64,000 bases of DNA from a virus: IMG/VR virus record IMGVR_UViG_3300044705_000115, positions 66,044 through 130,043 of that record, one strand, 5' to 3'. The notes under the pieces are model-generated. The model saw only the letters and a program-made list of their open reading frames with translations. It searched no databases and was not told where the DNA came from. The translations under genes were made by a program, and so were the position numbers. Shown piece after piece: positions 10,001-17,296 of this stretch; position 1 is the first letter of the stretch; the number at the start of each line of letters is the position of its first letter.

Positions 10001-10268
10001 CCATCCACTCCGCCGTCCGCAGAAGAACCGCTGCTGCCTGGATCAACTCCTCGCGCGTCTGCGACCAGTCGGCGTGGTCGCACATCGGCGTCGGGCACTT
10101 GCAGCGCCCCTTCCGCCACGCTTTCAGCGCCTCCTCGACCTCGTCTTCGGCGGCGGCGATACCGAGCCGCACGCCGTCCCTCGTCGGCGGATAGCCGCTC
10201 GGGTGAACCTCGTCCTGCCGAACCATCTCGGCCATGACCTCGCCGAACAGGTCGAGCCTGTCAGCCAT
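9993..10268 (-). CDS. MazG-like NTP pyrophosphatase (all-alpha)
   Basis: AEDEVEEA..REELIQAAAV acidic motif pattern; CKC..CDH insert. Confidence 0.65.
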   Translation of the reverse strand: MADRLDLFGEVMAEMVRQDEVHPSGYPPTRDGVRLGIAAAEDEVEEALKAWRKGRCKCPTPMCDHADWSQTREELIQAAAVLLRTAEWMDA

Positions 10269-12303
10269 CAGGGTCTCTCCTTTCGTCGCAGGCCGCGATC
10301 CGCGACCCGATGAAGCTGATCACCGGCACGGTCACTGCGTCGCCCATCGCGGCGTAGCGGTGCGCGTCGGGCTGTGGATCGTGCGGGACGCCGCCAGCGC
10401 CGTCGGTGACCAGCATGTCGGCCTCGGTCGGCGGGTGGGAGTTGTTGCGCGGGTTCGACCGCAGCGTCGGTGCGGCGTCAGCCACGAGCGGCGTGCCGCG
10501 GCCAGTGCCGTCCTCGCTGGCATCGTGGCCCTCGGAGGTCAGCGCGTGTGCGACCGCGCCGGCGCCTGTCTCGTCGCAGGTCGGCGCGACCTCTGCCTGA
10601 ACGCCGATTCCATTCGCCCCCTGCTGCGCGGTGCGGATCGAGTGAACCGGACCGACAGCGTGCGGCTTGCCAGTCATCAGGCCGAAGGACTGGCCATCGT
10701 CGCGGACACCGATCCCTGCATCGCGGAGACGGATGCGCCCTTCGGCGTCGGGCGATGGCGTCAAGGAGTCGCCCGAGCGCCCGATCGCGTCGGTATGGAT
10801 GCACGACGGCTCGACGGCAAGCGTTCCGTTCAGCCTGCCATCGACGAGCGTGCGGGCATGGTCAGCCTCTTCCCAGCTCTCGTAGTCCTCGTCGTGGTTT
10901 GCAGCATGGCGCTTGGTGTAGGCGACCAGCTCCCAGTTCGGCGGATACCCGAGCTGGTAGTAGCTCGGCGTATCGGCGAGGCTCGGGCCATCAGGGATCG
11001 TCCAGCCATCCGGGAAGCCCTGCAGCCGCTCGCACTCGGTCGGCGTGAGACGCCGCACCTGAGAGCCAGCGGCGAGGCGCGTGTCCTGGTGGCTGCCGGG
11101 ATCCGCTGACAGCGACATCGCCTGATCGACCTCGCGCACCTCCTCGCGCTGGTTCTGGACGAAGGCGGTGGGGGCGGCCGCGCCCTTCCCGACCCGAAGC
11201 GCGGGCGACATGTCATCGAGGGGCGCAGCGTCTCCCTGGGTGCCGTCGAAAGCGACGAGGTTGACATCGTCCTCCTGCCGTCGACCCGGCTCTGAGACGC
11301 CATCGCCTGTCGCGCTGCCGCGGGTCAGCGGCGCAGCTACCTCCGGCGATCCTTCGACGATCACGGCATCGTCCGCGTCGGAGGTGACGCCCTTCTGGTA
11401 GCGCTTGGTCAGCGCCGGGGCGATGGTGAGTGGCTGGCTATCGGTGCGCGACCCCGGCTTGCCGTTGCGGTCCAGGGAGCCGTTGGCCAGCAGCGTGTCG
11501 GCTACGTCAGGCTCATCTGCGACGAGCCATCCGGCCTCGGCGTCTGGGAGGTCGGCGCCGCTGTTCCCGAATCGGCTGGTGAGGGACTGGCTGACTCCTC
11601 CGGGGGTACCGACTGCGCCAGCGCCCTTAGGCTCGCCTCGAGGGCGGCGGGCAGCGCCCGGTCGCGCTTCTGCGCTCGCCGCAGAATCCCCCTCGCCGCC
11701 CGCCCGCTCAAGTAGAACCTCGGATGGCACCGGGCCACCAAGACAGCCGACAACGAACAGGCGATGGCGTCGTTGGGGGACTCCGAAGTGTTGAGAGTTG
11801 AGGGTGCGCCATACGGCCCCTCCCCACGGCCCAGCGGCCACACCTGAGCGTGTCCATCCTCCGGCGGGAACATGGCACTCGGCGCCCACGAAGGCGCCCA
11901 GGACGAGTGCGAAGTCCAGGCCGCCGTTCGAGGAGAGGGCACCTGGCACGTTCTCCCAGAGGGTCCAGCGAGGAACGAGGGAATTGCGGAGTCGGATGAA
12001 GTGCCAGAAGAGGCCCGAGCGCTCGCCTTCGAGTCCACTGCGCTTGCCGGCGACGCTGAGGTCTTGGCAGGGCGTTCCTCCGACGAGGCAGTCGATCGGG
12101 TCGAGGGCATCTGGATCAAGCTCCGTGATGTCGGGGTGGACAGGGATGTCGGGCCAGTGGCGGCCTAGGATCGCGCGGCGCTGCGGAAGCACCTCGCACA
12201 TCCACCGCACGTCGAAGCGGGCGGACGCACGATGAAGGCCGAGCTCGAAGCCGCCAACGCCGCTGCAGACCGAGCCGACGCGCAGTTTCTCCTGGTCGGA
12301 CAC
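10261..12303 (-). CDS. DNA (cytosine-5) methyltransferase with expanded variable regions
   Basis: Motif I CSGVGG, IV GGTPCQDLS, VI WENVPG, VIII PQRRHRLF, IX RRLTPTECERLQGFPD, X AMGDAVTV. Confidence 0.93.
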   Translation of the reverse strand: MSDQEKLRVGSVCSGVGGFELGLHRASARFDVRWMCEVLPQRRAILGRHWPDIPVHPDITELDPDALDPIDCLVGGTPCQDLSVAGKRSGLEGERSGLFWHFIRLRNSLVPRWTLWENVPGALSSNGGLDFALVLGAFVGAECHVPAGGWTRSGVAAGPWGGAVWRTLNSQHFGVPQRRHRLFVVGCLGGPVPSEVLLERAGGEGDSAASAEARPGAARRPRGEPKGAGAVGTPGGVSQSLTSRFGNSGADLPDAEAGWLVADEPDVADTLLANGSLDRNGKPGSRTDSQPLTIAPALTKRYQKGVTSDADDAVIVEGSPEVAAPLTRGSATGDGVSEPGRRQEDDVNLVAFDGTQGDAAPLDDMSPALRVGKGAAAPTAFVQNQREEVREVDQAMSLSADPGSHQDTRLAAGSQVRRLTPTECERLQGFPDGWTIPDGPSLADTPSYYQLGYPPNWELVAYTKRHAANHDEDYESWEEADHARTLVDGRLNGTLAVEPSCIHTDAIGRSGDSLTPSPDAEGRIRLRDAGIGVRDDGQSFGLMTGKPHAVGPVHSIRTAQQGANGIGVQAEVAPTCDETGAGAVAHALTSEGHDASEDGTGRGTPLVADAAPTLRSNPRNNSHPPTEADMLVTDGAGGVPHDPQPDAHRYAAMGDAVTVPVISFIGSRIAACDERRDPDG
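11502..12110 (-). CDS. Overprinted alternative-frame ORF resembling the M.EcoHK31I beta polypeptide
   Basis: +1 frame inside the C5-MTase. Segment TLNTSESPNDAIACSLSAVL..FYLSGRAARGILRRAQKRDRALPAALEASL; GGAG about 10 nt before ATG 12110. Confidence 0.6.
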   Translation of the reverse strand: MPSTRSTASSEERPAKTSASPASAVDSKASARASSGTSSDSAIPSFLAGPSGRTCQVPSPRTAAWTSHSSWAPSWAPSAMFPPEDGHAQVWPLGRGEGPYGAPSTLNTSESPNDAIACSLSAVLVARCHPRFYLSGRAARGILRRAQKRDRALPAALEASLRALAQSVPPEESASPSPADSGTAAPTSQTPRPDGSSQMSLT

Positions 12304-12364
12304 TGGGCCGGAAGCTACCTAGGGGAGCGGACGCGGGACGCCGCTGATTCCGCATCTTGCGGCG

Positions 12365-13204
12365 TCAGCAGTTGACCTTGACCGCCGGCGTGCAGACATG
12401 CGCCGGAAGGTTGCCGGGAAGGGCTTCGATTTCCACCGGAGCGCCTTTTTCCGGCAGGACTTTGATGCCGACCGCAGAGCTTCCGGGGCCACCCTGGGAG
12501 TCGCCGTCTTCGTTCTGATCACCGCCTTCGCTGGGGGCGGTGGCTGGCGGCACCGCTGGCGCAGCGGCGGGCGGCGGGCTGGGCACTGGCGTACTCGGAG
12601 TCGGCTGGTGGTTCTCGCCGCCGCCCTTGGAGCCGCCCTTTCCGTTCCCGCCGCTTCCGCCGCCAGCACCGCCGCCTGCGGGCTGGTGAGGGCTACTGGT
12701 CGCGGGATTCTCGCTGGGCGCCTGCTCGGGAGCGCTGGTGGCCGGGCCGGCGCGGCTGTTGCCAGTTCCTTCACTCGCCGAAGTGCTGCGCGGAGACGCT
12801 GGCGGGGGCTGCGGGTGGATGCATTCGACATCGACCCCGTGCCCGTTGATCAGCATCACCTCAGCCGCCTTCTTGACGAGAATGCAGCTCTGCAGGCTGG
12901 TCACGAGGGCGATCGCCTGGGAGAAGTTGCGGTGGCACTGCTTCGGTTCGATCGGGCGCCCGGTCTTCTCGTCCGGCGTGCAGGGCGATTCCTGCAGAAC
13001 GCGGATGTTCTGCTTGGTGACGTTGATGTCGTGGCCCTGCTTCTCGACTTCGGCGCTGAGGACGTATGCCTTGATGCCGGAGTAGACCGCGAAGCCGACG
13101 AAGACGACGATCAGCAGGCCCGTGATGGTCACATGGTGGCGGTCGTAGAAGGCCGCAGATTTCGGGAAACGCTCGCGGAGACGGGACTGGAGTTTGCCGA
13201 GCAT
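12365..13204 (-). CDS. Single-pass membrane protein with Cys pairs and a Pro/Ser/Gly-rich tail
   Basis: N-terminal TM (ITGLLIVVFVGFAVYSGI), six Cys, low-complexity C-terminus. Confidence 0.7.
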   Translation of the reverse strand: MLGKLQSRLRERFPKSAAFYDRHHVTITGLLIVVFVGFAVYSGIKAYVLSAEVEKQGHDINVTKQNIRVLQESPCTPDEKTGRPIEPKQCHRNFSQAIALVTSLQSCILVKKAAEVMLINGHGVDVECIHPQPPPASPRSTSASEGTGNSRAGPATSAPEQAPSENPATSSPHQPAGGGAGGGSGGNGKGGSKGGGENHQPTPSTPVPSPPPAAAPAVPPATAPSEGGDQNEDGDSQGGPGSSAVGIKVLPEKGAPVEIEALPGNLPAHVCTPAVKVNC

Positions 13205-13207
13205 GGA

Positions 13208-13606
13208 TCAGCTTCCGAACCAAGGGAGGGGACTGGGAGACGCCGCAGCACAAGAGATAGTGACACCACCGTACGTCGTCTGGAAGCCGGTTTCCGCTGC
13301 AGATTCGATGAGCGCTTCGACTCCCTCTTCGGCGGCTTCAAGCGCGTTGTTCCAGGCGAAAACCTCGGAGCGGATGCCCCGCTGTTCGTAGATGGCGATC
13401 TGCAGCTTCGCCTGGGCTTCGTCGGCCTGGTGATCGCGCAATGCCCCGAGACGCGCTGCATTGCCGCGTTCACAACCCTGCCGATTCAGATCGACGAGCT
13501 GGGTGGAGATGCCAGCGAGGACGGCGTAAACGACCAAGCCGAAGAGCAGGCTCAGCGTGAGCCGGCGCATCGTTGTCGGGTGCCTATCAGCGAAGCGGCG
13601 CAGCAC
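13208..13606 (-). CDS. Single-pass membrane protein
   Basis: TM LTLSLLFGLVVYAVLAGI, then GCERGN and a coiled segment. Confidence 0.7.
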   Translation of the reverse strand: MLRRFADRHPTTMRRLTLSLLFGLVVYAVLAGISTQLVDLNRQGCERGNAARLGALRDHQADEAQAKLQIAIYEQRGIRSEVFAWNNALEAAEEGVEALIESAAETGFQTTYGGVTISCAAASPSPLPWFGS

Positions 13607-13750
13607 CTAGAACCTCGCGCCGAGCAGCAGGGCGATGAGGTAGATGACGCCAAGCGCCAGCGCGAAGCTTGCATGGCTCAGTAGCCACGCCGTCGTTCCT
13701 GGGTAGCGGACACGCGCCTTCTTGACGCGCTCAACGGCTGGCGTCCTCAT
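13607..13750 (-). CDS. Small membrane protein
   Basis: Probable ATG 13750 (MRTPAVERV..); C-terminal TM. Confidence 0.5.
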   Translation of the reverse strand: MRTPAVERVKKARVRYPGTTAWLLSHASFALALGVIYLIALLLGARF

Positions 13751-14042
13751 CTTCGTCGTCGCCGCCGAAGTCGATCGTGATTCGTTTACGCCGCTTCTTG
13801 CGCTCGGCCCTCTCGTCAGGAGAGTCCCCGCTTTCGCGCCGGCGCTCATCGGATTTCAGCCAGACTGGCAGGCCGATGAGCGCGGACGCGAGCGTGGCGA
13901 TGAACGGCACCGCGCCCGTGGCGAACTGTCCGCGGCCCAACTGGTAGACGAGGAAGAGACCCGCAACCGGGCATACGACATCCCTGATCAGACGCCGGAC
14001 CCCGGCGACTAGAAGCTCGAGGAACCGTTCGAGTCCGCTCAC
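13731..14042 (-). CDS. Two-TM membrane protein (holin-like topology)
   Basis: Two hydrophobic helices followed by a highly charged C-terminus. Confidence 0.6.
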   Translation of the reverse strand: MSGLERFLELLVAGVRRLIRDVVCPVAGLFLVYQLGRGQFATGAVPFIATLASALIGLPVWLKSDERRRESGDSPDERAERKKRRKRITIDFGGDDEDEDASR

Positions 14043-14082
14043 TCACTCGCCCGCCGCCGCAGCTCGCCCGTCCATGAAGGAC

Positions 14083-14123
14083 AGATTAGATGCCGCAGCA
14101 GCAGGCTCCCGCGAATGAACTTT
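14083..14123 (-). promoter_or_regulatory. Putative late-type promoter (degenerate copy)
   Basis: Minus strand AAAGTT-N29-TAATCT containing CTGCTGCG; same spacing as the copies at 49353 and 54770. Confidence 0.5.
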
Positions 14124-14129
14124 CTGTCG

Positions 14130-14339
14130 CTATTCGGTGATACCGAGCTTTTTCGCCATTGCTTCTACGTCCCTGCGGAGCCACACGGTCGTCGCCTTCA
14201 ACTCCTGCAGCGGTTCGGGCATCTTCCCCGCCTTCTGCCATCGACTGATCTGTGGAACCCCCTTCTTCAGGATCTCCGCCGCCTCAGCCGCGCCGACGAT
14301 GTCCTTGCGGTTCCTCCTGATCTTTACTTCCCTTTCCAT
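14130..14339 (-). CDS. HTH DNA-binding protein (AlpA/excisionase-like)
   Basis: DIVGAAEAAEILK..ISRW..MPEP..VWLRRDVE pattern. Confidence 0.75.
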   Translation of the reverse strand: MEREVKIRRNRKDIVGAAEAAEILKKGVPQISRWQKAGKMPEPLQELKATTVWLRRDVEAMAKKLGITE

Positions 14340-14641
14340 TCCTCTCCTCTGCCCGGTCCGACGACAGTCGGCCCGCGATCAGACTCGGCCCAGTCGTAGA
14401 TAGCCACTGCCGAGTCGGTGACTTTGTCGACGACGACGAGGTTTGGAACCTCCGGGTTCCACGGCCCCCAGACCTCCGGCCACCACGCGATCTCATCGAA
14501 CTCCTCGCCGACCTTGGGCGGCTGCGGGGATGGCTCGTCGAAAACGATGGCCCTCGCTTCCTGCTCACGTCCCTTCTTGCGGGCGAACAGGTAGACGCCG
14601 AGCAGCAAGCCGATCCCGCAGATACCGATTACGCCGGGCAT
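14324..14641 (-). CDS. Membrane-anchored hypothetical protein
   Basis: N-terminal TM followed by RKK. Confidence 0.5.
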   Translation of the reverse strand: MPGVIGICGIGLLLGVYLFARKKGREQEARAIVFDEPSPQPPKVGEEFDEIAWWPEVWGPWNPEVPNLVVVDKVTDSAVAIYDWAESDRGPTVVGPGRGEEWKGK

Positions 14642-15099
14642 CAGCCAGCGCCCCCCTCAAGCAGTTCCAGAGTCCGCAGATACTTCCTGCTGAGGTGCGC
14701 CGCCTGCTTCGGCGGCAGCTTGCCCTGGCGCTCGGGGGAGAGGTTGTGTTTGAGATCGGCCACCTTGACGACGCTCGCAAGGAAGTTCTCTCGCACCCGC
14801 AGGACGTAATCCTCGTAAGGCTCGCCCGGATTTTGCGTGATCGCGCGGAGCGCAGATGCCTGCTTTGGGGTCAACCAGCGGGGGTCTGCATAGGAGACAT
14901 TCGGCCGCTCGAAGTCAACGATTTCGAGTTCGGTGTCCTCGAAGACATCGTGCAGCAGAGCCACGACCCGATAGTCCTCGCCGAGTCCGCGGACGGCTTC
15001 CTCGACAGCGACCGGATGGAACAGGTACGGCTCGCCGACCTTGTCGGTCTGCCCGGCGTGGGCATCGAGCATCAGCAGGTAGGCGTCCCGGCGATTCAC
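14641..15099 (-). CDS. HD-domain (p)ppGpp hydrolase-like protein (small alarmone hydrolase/Mesh1 type)
   Basis: AHAGQTDKVGEPYLFHPVAV, ALLHDVFEDT and VKVADLKHN match RelA/SpoT HD motifs. Confidence 0.85.
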   Translation of the reverse strand: MNRRDAYLLMLDAHAGQTDKVGEPYLFHPVAVEEAVRGLGEDYRVVALLHDVFEDTELEIVDFERPNVSYADPRWLTPKQASALRAITQNPGEPYEDYVLRVRENFLASVVKVADLKHNLSPERQGKLPPKQAAHLSRKYLRTLELLEGGAG

Positions 15100-16625
15100 A
15101 GCGCGACCTCCTTGGCAGCGTCGTCCTTCAGGTCAGGCTCGGCGACCAGCGCCGCCGCCAGCCTCGCTCCGACCTTGCAGCAGGCGTCGTAGAACTCCTT
15201 GCTCAGGTGTTCCGCTGCCCACTGGTGGGCAAACTCGTGGATCAGTAGTTCGTGGGCGCGGTCGGAGACCTGCGACCCCTCCATTGCCTCCTCGAAGAAA
15301 CGGTAGCCGAGCGCGGTGAAGTTGAAGGTCAACTCCGCCCTCGTCGGGCTGATCCTCTTCCAAGTGGCGTTGAACGGCCAGTCCCCGCGCTTCTTGGGCT
15401 GGGCGATCTTCACCGTGAGGTCGCTGACATCGAGGATGCGATGCGCCAGCTCCTTCGCGTAAGCAGCGAGTTCGGCGACGTAGGTCGGCCAACTCTCCTC
15501 CGGCATCAGGTTCAGCAGGTCGTCTCCGGCGTCCGGCTTGGGCGACGGGGTGACCTGACCAGCAGGCAGCGCGGAGGCCGAACCCTTGACGGCCTTCCAA
15601 CCCTCTTTCGAGAAGGCGCCTGCGGGGATGACCGTGTAGCCCTTGCTGACGGCGATCTTTTCGGCCTCGCGGTCGCTCGGGTCTGCGGTGACCACCTTGG
15701 CGCCGTACCGGGCAGTGACCACCGACTGAACCGCTGCTGGCGCGACAGCCTCGTCCTCAAGAGCGTCATCAACCCAGCGCTCGCTTGCGGTCTCTGCGTC
15801 GAGTTCGGCGTGTATCGCGTTGAGGACTGCCGCCCGCACATCGCGCAGGTAGCTCGGCGGCACGTTGTCGCGGTCGGTGTTCAGCGGCACCTTCTGGCTC
15901 ACGTTTACGTGGTAGGAGTCGCCGGTTTCGACCACCGGTATCCCGAGCTCGTAGAGCATCCCCTTCTCGTCTCCGGTCGGCTCGAAGACCTGCACCCAGG
16001 TCTTGCGCGTGGTCGGACGCAGGTAGCCCTCCTCGTCGGCCCGCTCCGTCCGCAGGCTGATCTGAAAGCTGTAGCGCGACTCCCTAGGGGGGATCTTCTT
16101 CCCGTTGAAGGTCGTCTTGACACCTGACGGCGGTATCAGCCGGAACATCAGCCGCTCGACCGCCTTGACCTCCTCGGGCGTCAGCCGCACGAACCCCCGG
16201 AAGGCGCTGCCTTTCGTCGTCGGGCGCGTCTTGTCCATTTCGCGGCCCTCGGCGGTGAACTTGACCAAGCCGGTCGTGGTCTGGATGGTGGCCGATTCGC
16301 ACATGGCGATGACCAGCTTCTCGCCGAGATTGAAGCGCCCGCGTTTGGTCGGGTCGTCCTTCTTCTTGGAGTCGGCGAACAGGGTGTAGGCGTGGGCGAT
16401 GTCGGCGAAGCCGTCCGGCGAGTCGTCGGTGACTTCGATCAGGTAGATCGCGTCCTCGCTCTCGGGAACGCCCTCTTGGAAGTCCAGCGCAACTTCAACG
16501 TTCTCGACCTTCTCGTCCCAAGCGTTCTGCACCAGCTCGGCGACAGCGAACTCCTTGCCTTTGCGCTGCAGGAGCTTCGCCAACCCCTCTTTATCGACCT
16601 CGAAGGTCGGCAGTTTCTCAGCCAT
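15096..16625 (-). CDS. GHKL ATPase fused to a C-terminal zincin (HExxH) domain
   Basis: N-box ELVQNAWD, G1 DDSPDGF, G2 RGRFNLGEK; C-terminal LLIHEFAHQWAAEH. Confidence 0.8.
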   Translation of the reverse strand: MAEKLPTFEVDKEGLAKLLQRKGKEFAVAELVQNAWDEKVENVEVALDFQEGVPESEDAIYLIEVTDDSPDGFADIAHAYTLFADSKKKDDPTKRGRFNLGEKLVIAMCESATIQTTTGLVKFTAEGREMDKTRPTTKGSAFRGFVRLTPEEVKAVERLMFRLIPPSGVKTTFNGKKIPPRESRYSFQISLRTERADEEGYLRPTTRKTWVQVFEPTGDEKGMLYELGIPVVETGDSYHVNVSQKVPLNTDRDNVPPSYLRDVRAAVLNAIHAELDAETASERWVDDALEDEAVAPAAVQSVVTARYGAKVVTADPSDREAEKIAVSKGYTVIPAGAFSKEGWKAVKGSASALPAGQVTPSPKPDAGDDLLNLMPEESWPTYVAELAAYAKELAHRILDVSDLTVKIAQPKKRGDWPFNATWKRISPTRAELTFNFTALGYRFFEEAMEGSQVSDRAHELLIHEFAHQWAAEHLSKEFYDACCKVGARLAAALVAEPDLKDDAAKEVAL

Positions 16626-16893
16626 GCTTCCTCCATCCCATTTTCTTGACTCGAAGCTTCGCGTTGATCGGCACCCATTCCTCCAAGCTCTCCGCGAGCT
16701 TTCGCCGCTGGCGCCAGTTCAGCCCCCGCACGTAGAGAGTCGCGTCGCCCTTGAAGGGGTCGCCGTGAATAACTTCCGCTTCGGTGGCACCGACGATGAA
16801 CGCCTCACGCATCGCGTCTTCCGCAGTGAGAACGCCCATCGTCGGTCTTGCCCCGAAGAGGTTCCGCCAGAACTGCTCTCGCGTCGAGCGCAC
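16618..16893 (-). CDS. Hypothetical protein
   Basis: 91 aa, fills the gap between co-oriented genes. Confidence 0.5.
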   Translation of the reverse strand: MRSTREQFWRNLFGARPTMGVLTAEDAMREAFIVGATEAEVIHGDPFKGDATLYVRGLNWRQRRKLAESLEEWVPINAKLRVKKMGWRKHG

Positions 16894-16894
16894 C

Positions 16895-17197
16895 CTACTC
16901 AGCCGCGCTCGCGGTTCCCTCGCCCTCCTTGTGGCGCTCGATCAGGTCGTAGACGCCGGGGCCGGTTCGGACGAAGGTGTCCTGCCGCGCCGCGCAGGTC
17001 GCCAGCTTCGCCGAAACGCTCTGCGCCGGGGTCTTGCCCTTGGTCACGACCTTGCCCTCGTCGAGCATCCGTTTCGTGATCTCCTGGTAGTGGAGCGGCC
17101 CCTTGGCCCGCGCGATGACGCGGCGGGCGCCCTCTTTCATGTCGATGCCTTTGGTCGTCTTGGCCTTGGCTTTCGACGGTTTCTTGGTGGTAGGCAT
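16895..17197 (-). CDS. Stand-alone HARE-HTH (RNAP delta N-terminal-like) winged-helix protein
   Basis: Real start ATG 17197 after CCGACCAAGGAGG. Sequence MKEGARRVI..GPLHYQEITKRMLDEG..GKTPAQSVSAKL..FVRTGPGVYDL. Confidence 0.8.
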   Translation of the reverse strand: MPTTKKPSKAKAKTTKGIDMKEGARRVIARAKGPLHYQEITKRMLDEGKVVTKGKTPAQSVSAKLATCAARQDTFVRTGPGVYDLIERHKEGEGTASAAE

Positions 17198-17219
17198 GTC
17201 GGCCTCCTTGGTCGGGTTA

Positions 17220-17276
17220 CTGCTGCACAGACTACACGATCCTGCTAACTTTGTTGGCGCTTCACCCCGACCAAGG
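17220..17276 (+). promoter_or_regulatory. Sigma70-type promoter plus start-associated motif for the collagen-like gene
   Basis: CTGCAC-N17-TAACTT with TG extension; CTGCTGCAC-N14-TGCTAACTTTGTTGGCG is identical to the Ku promoter at 61648-61687. Confidence 0.7.
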
Positions 17277-17296
17277 ATCAACGAAAGGACGAGAAG

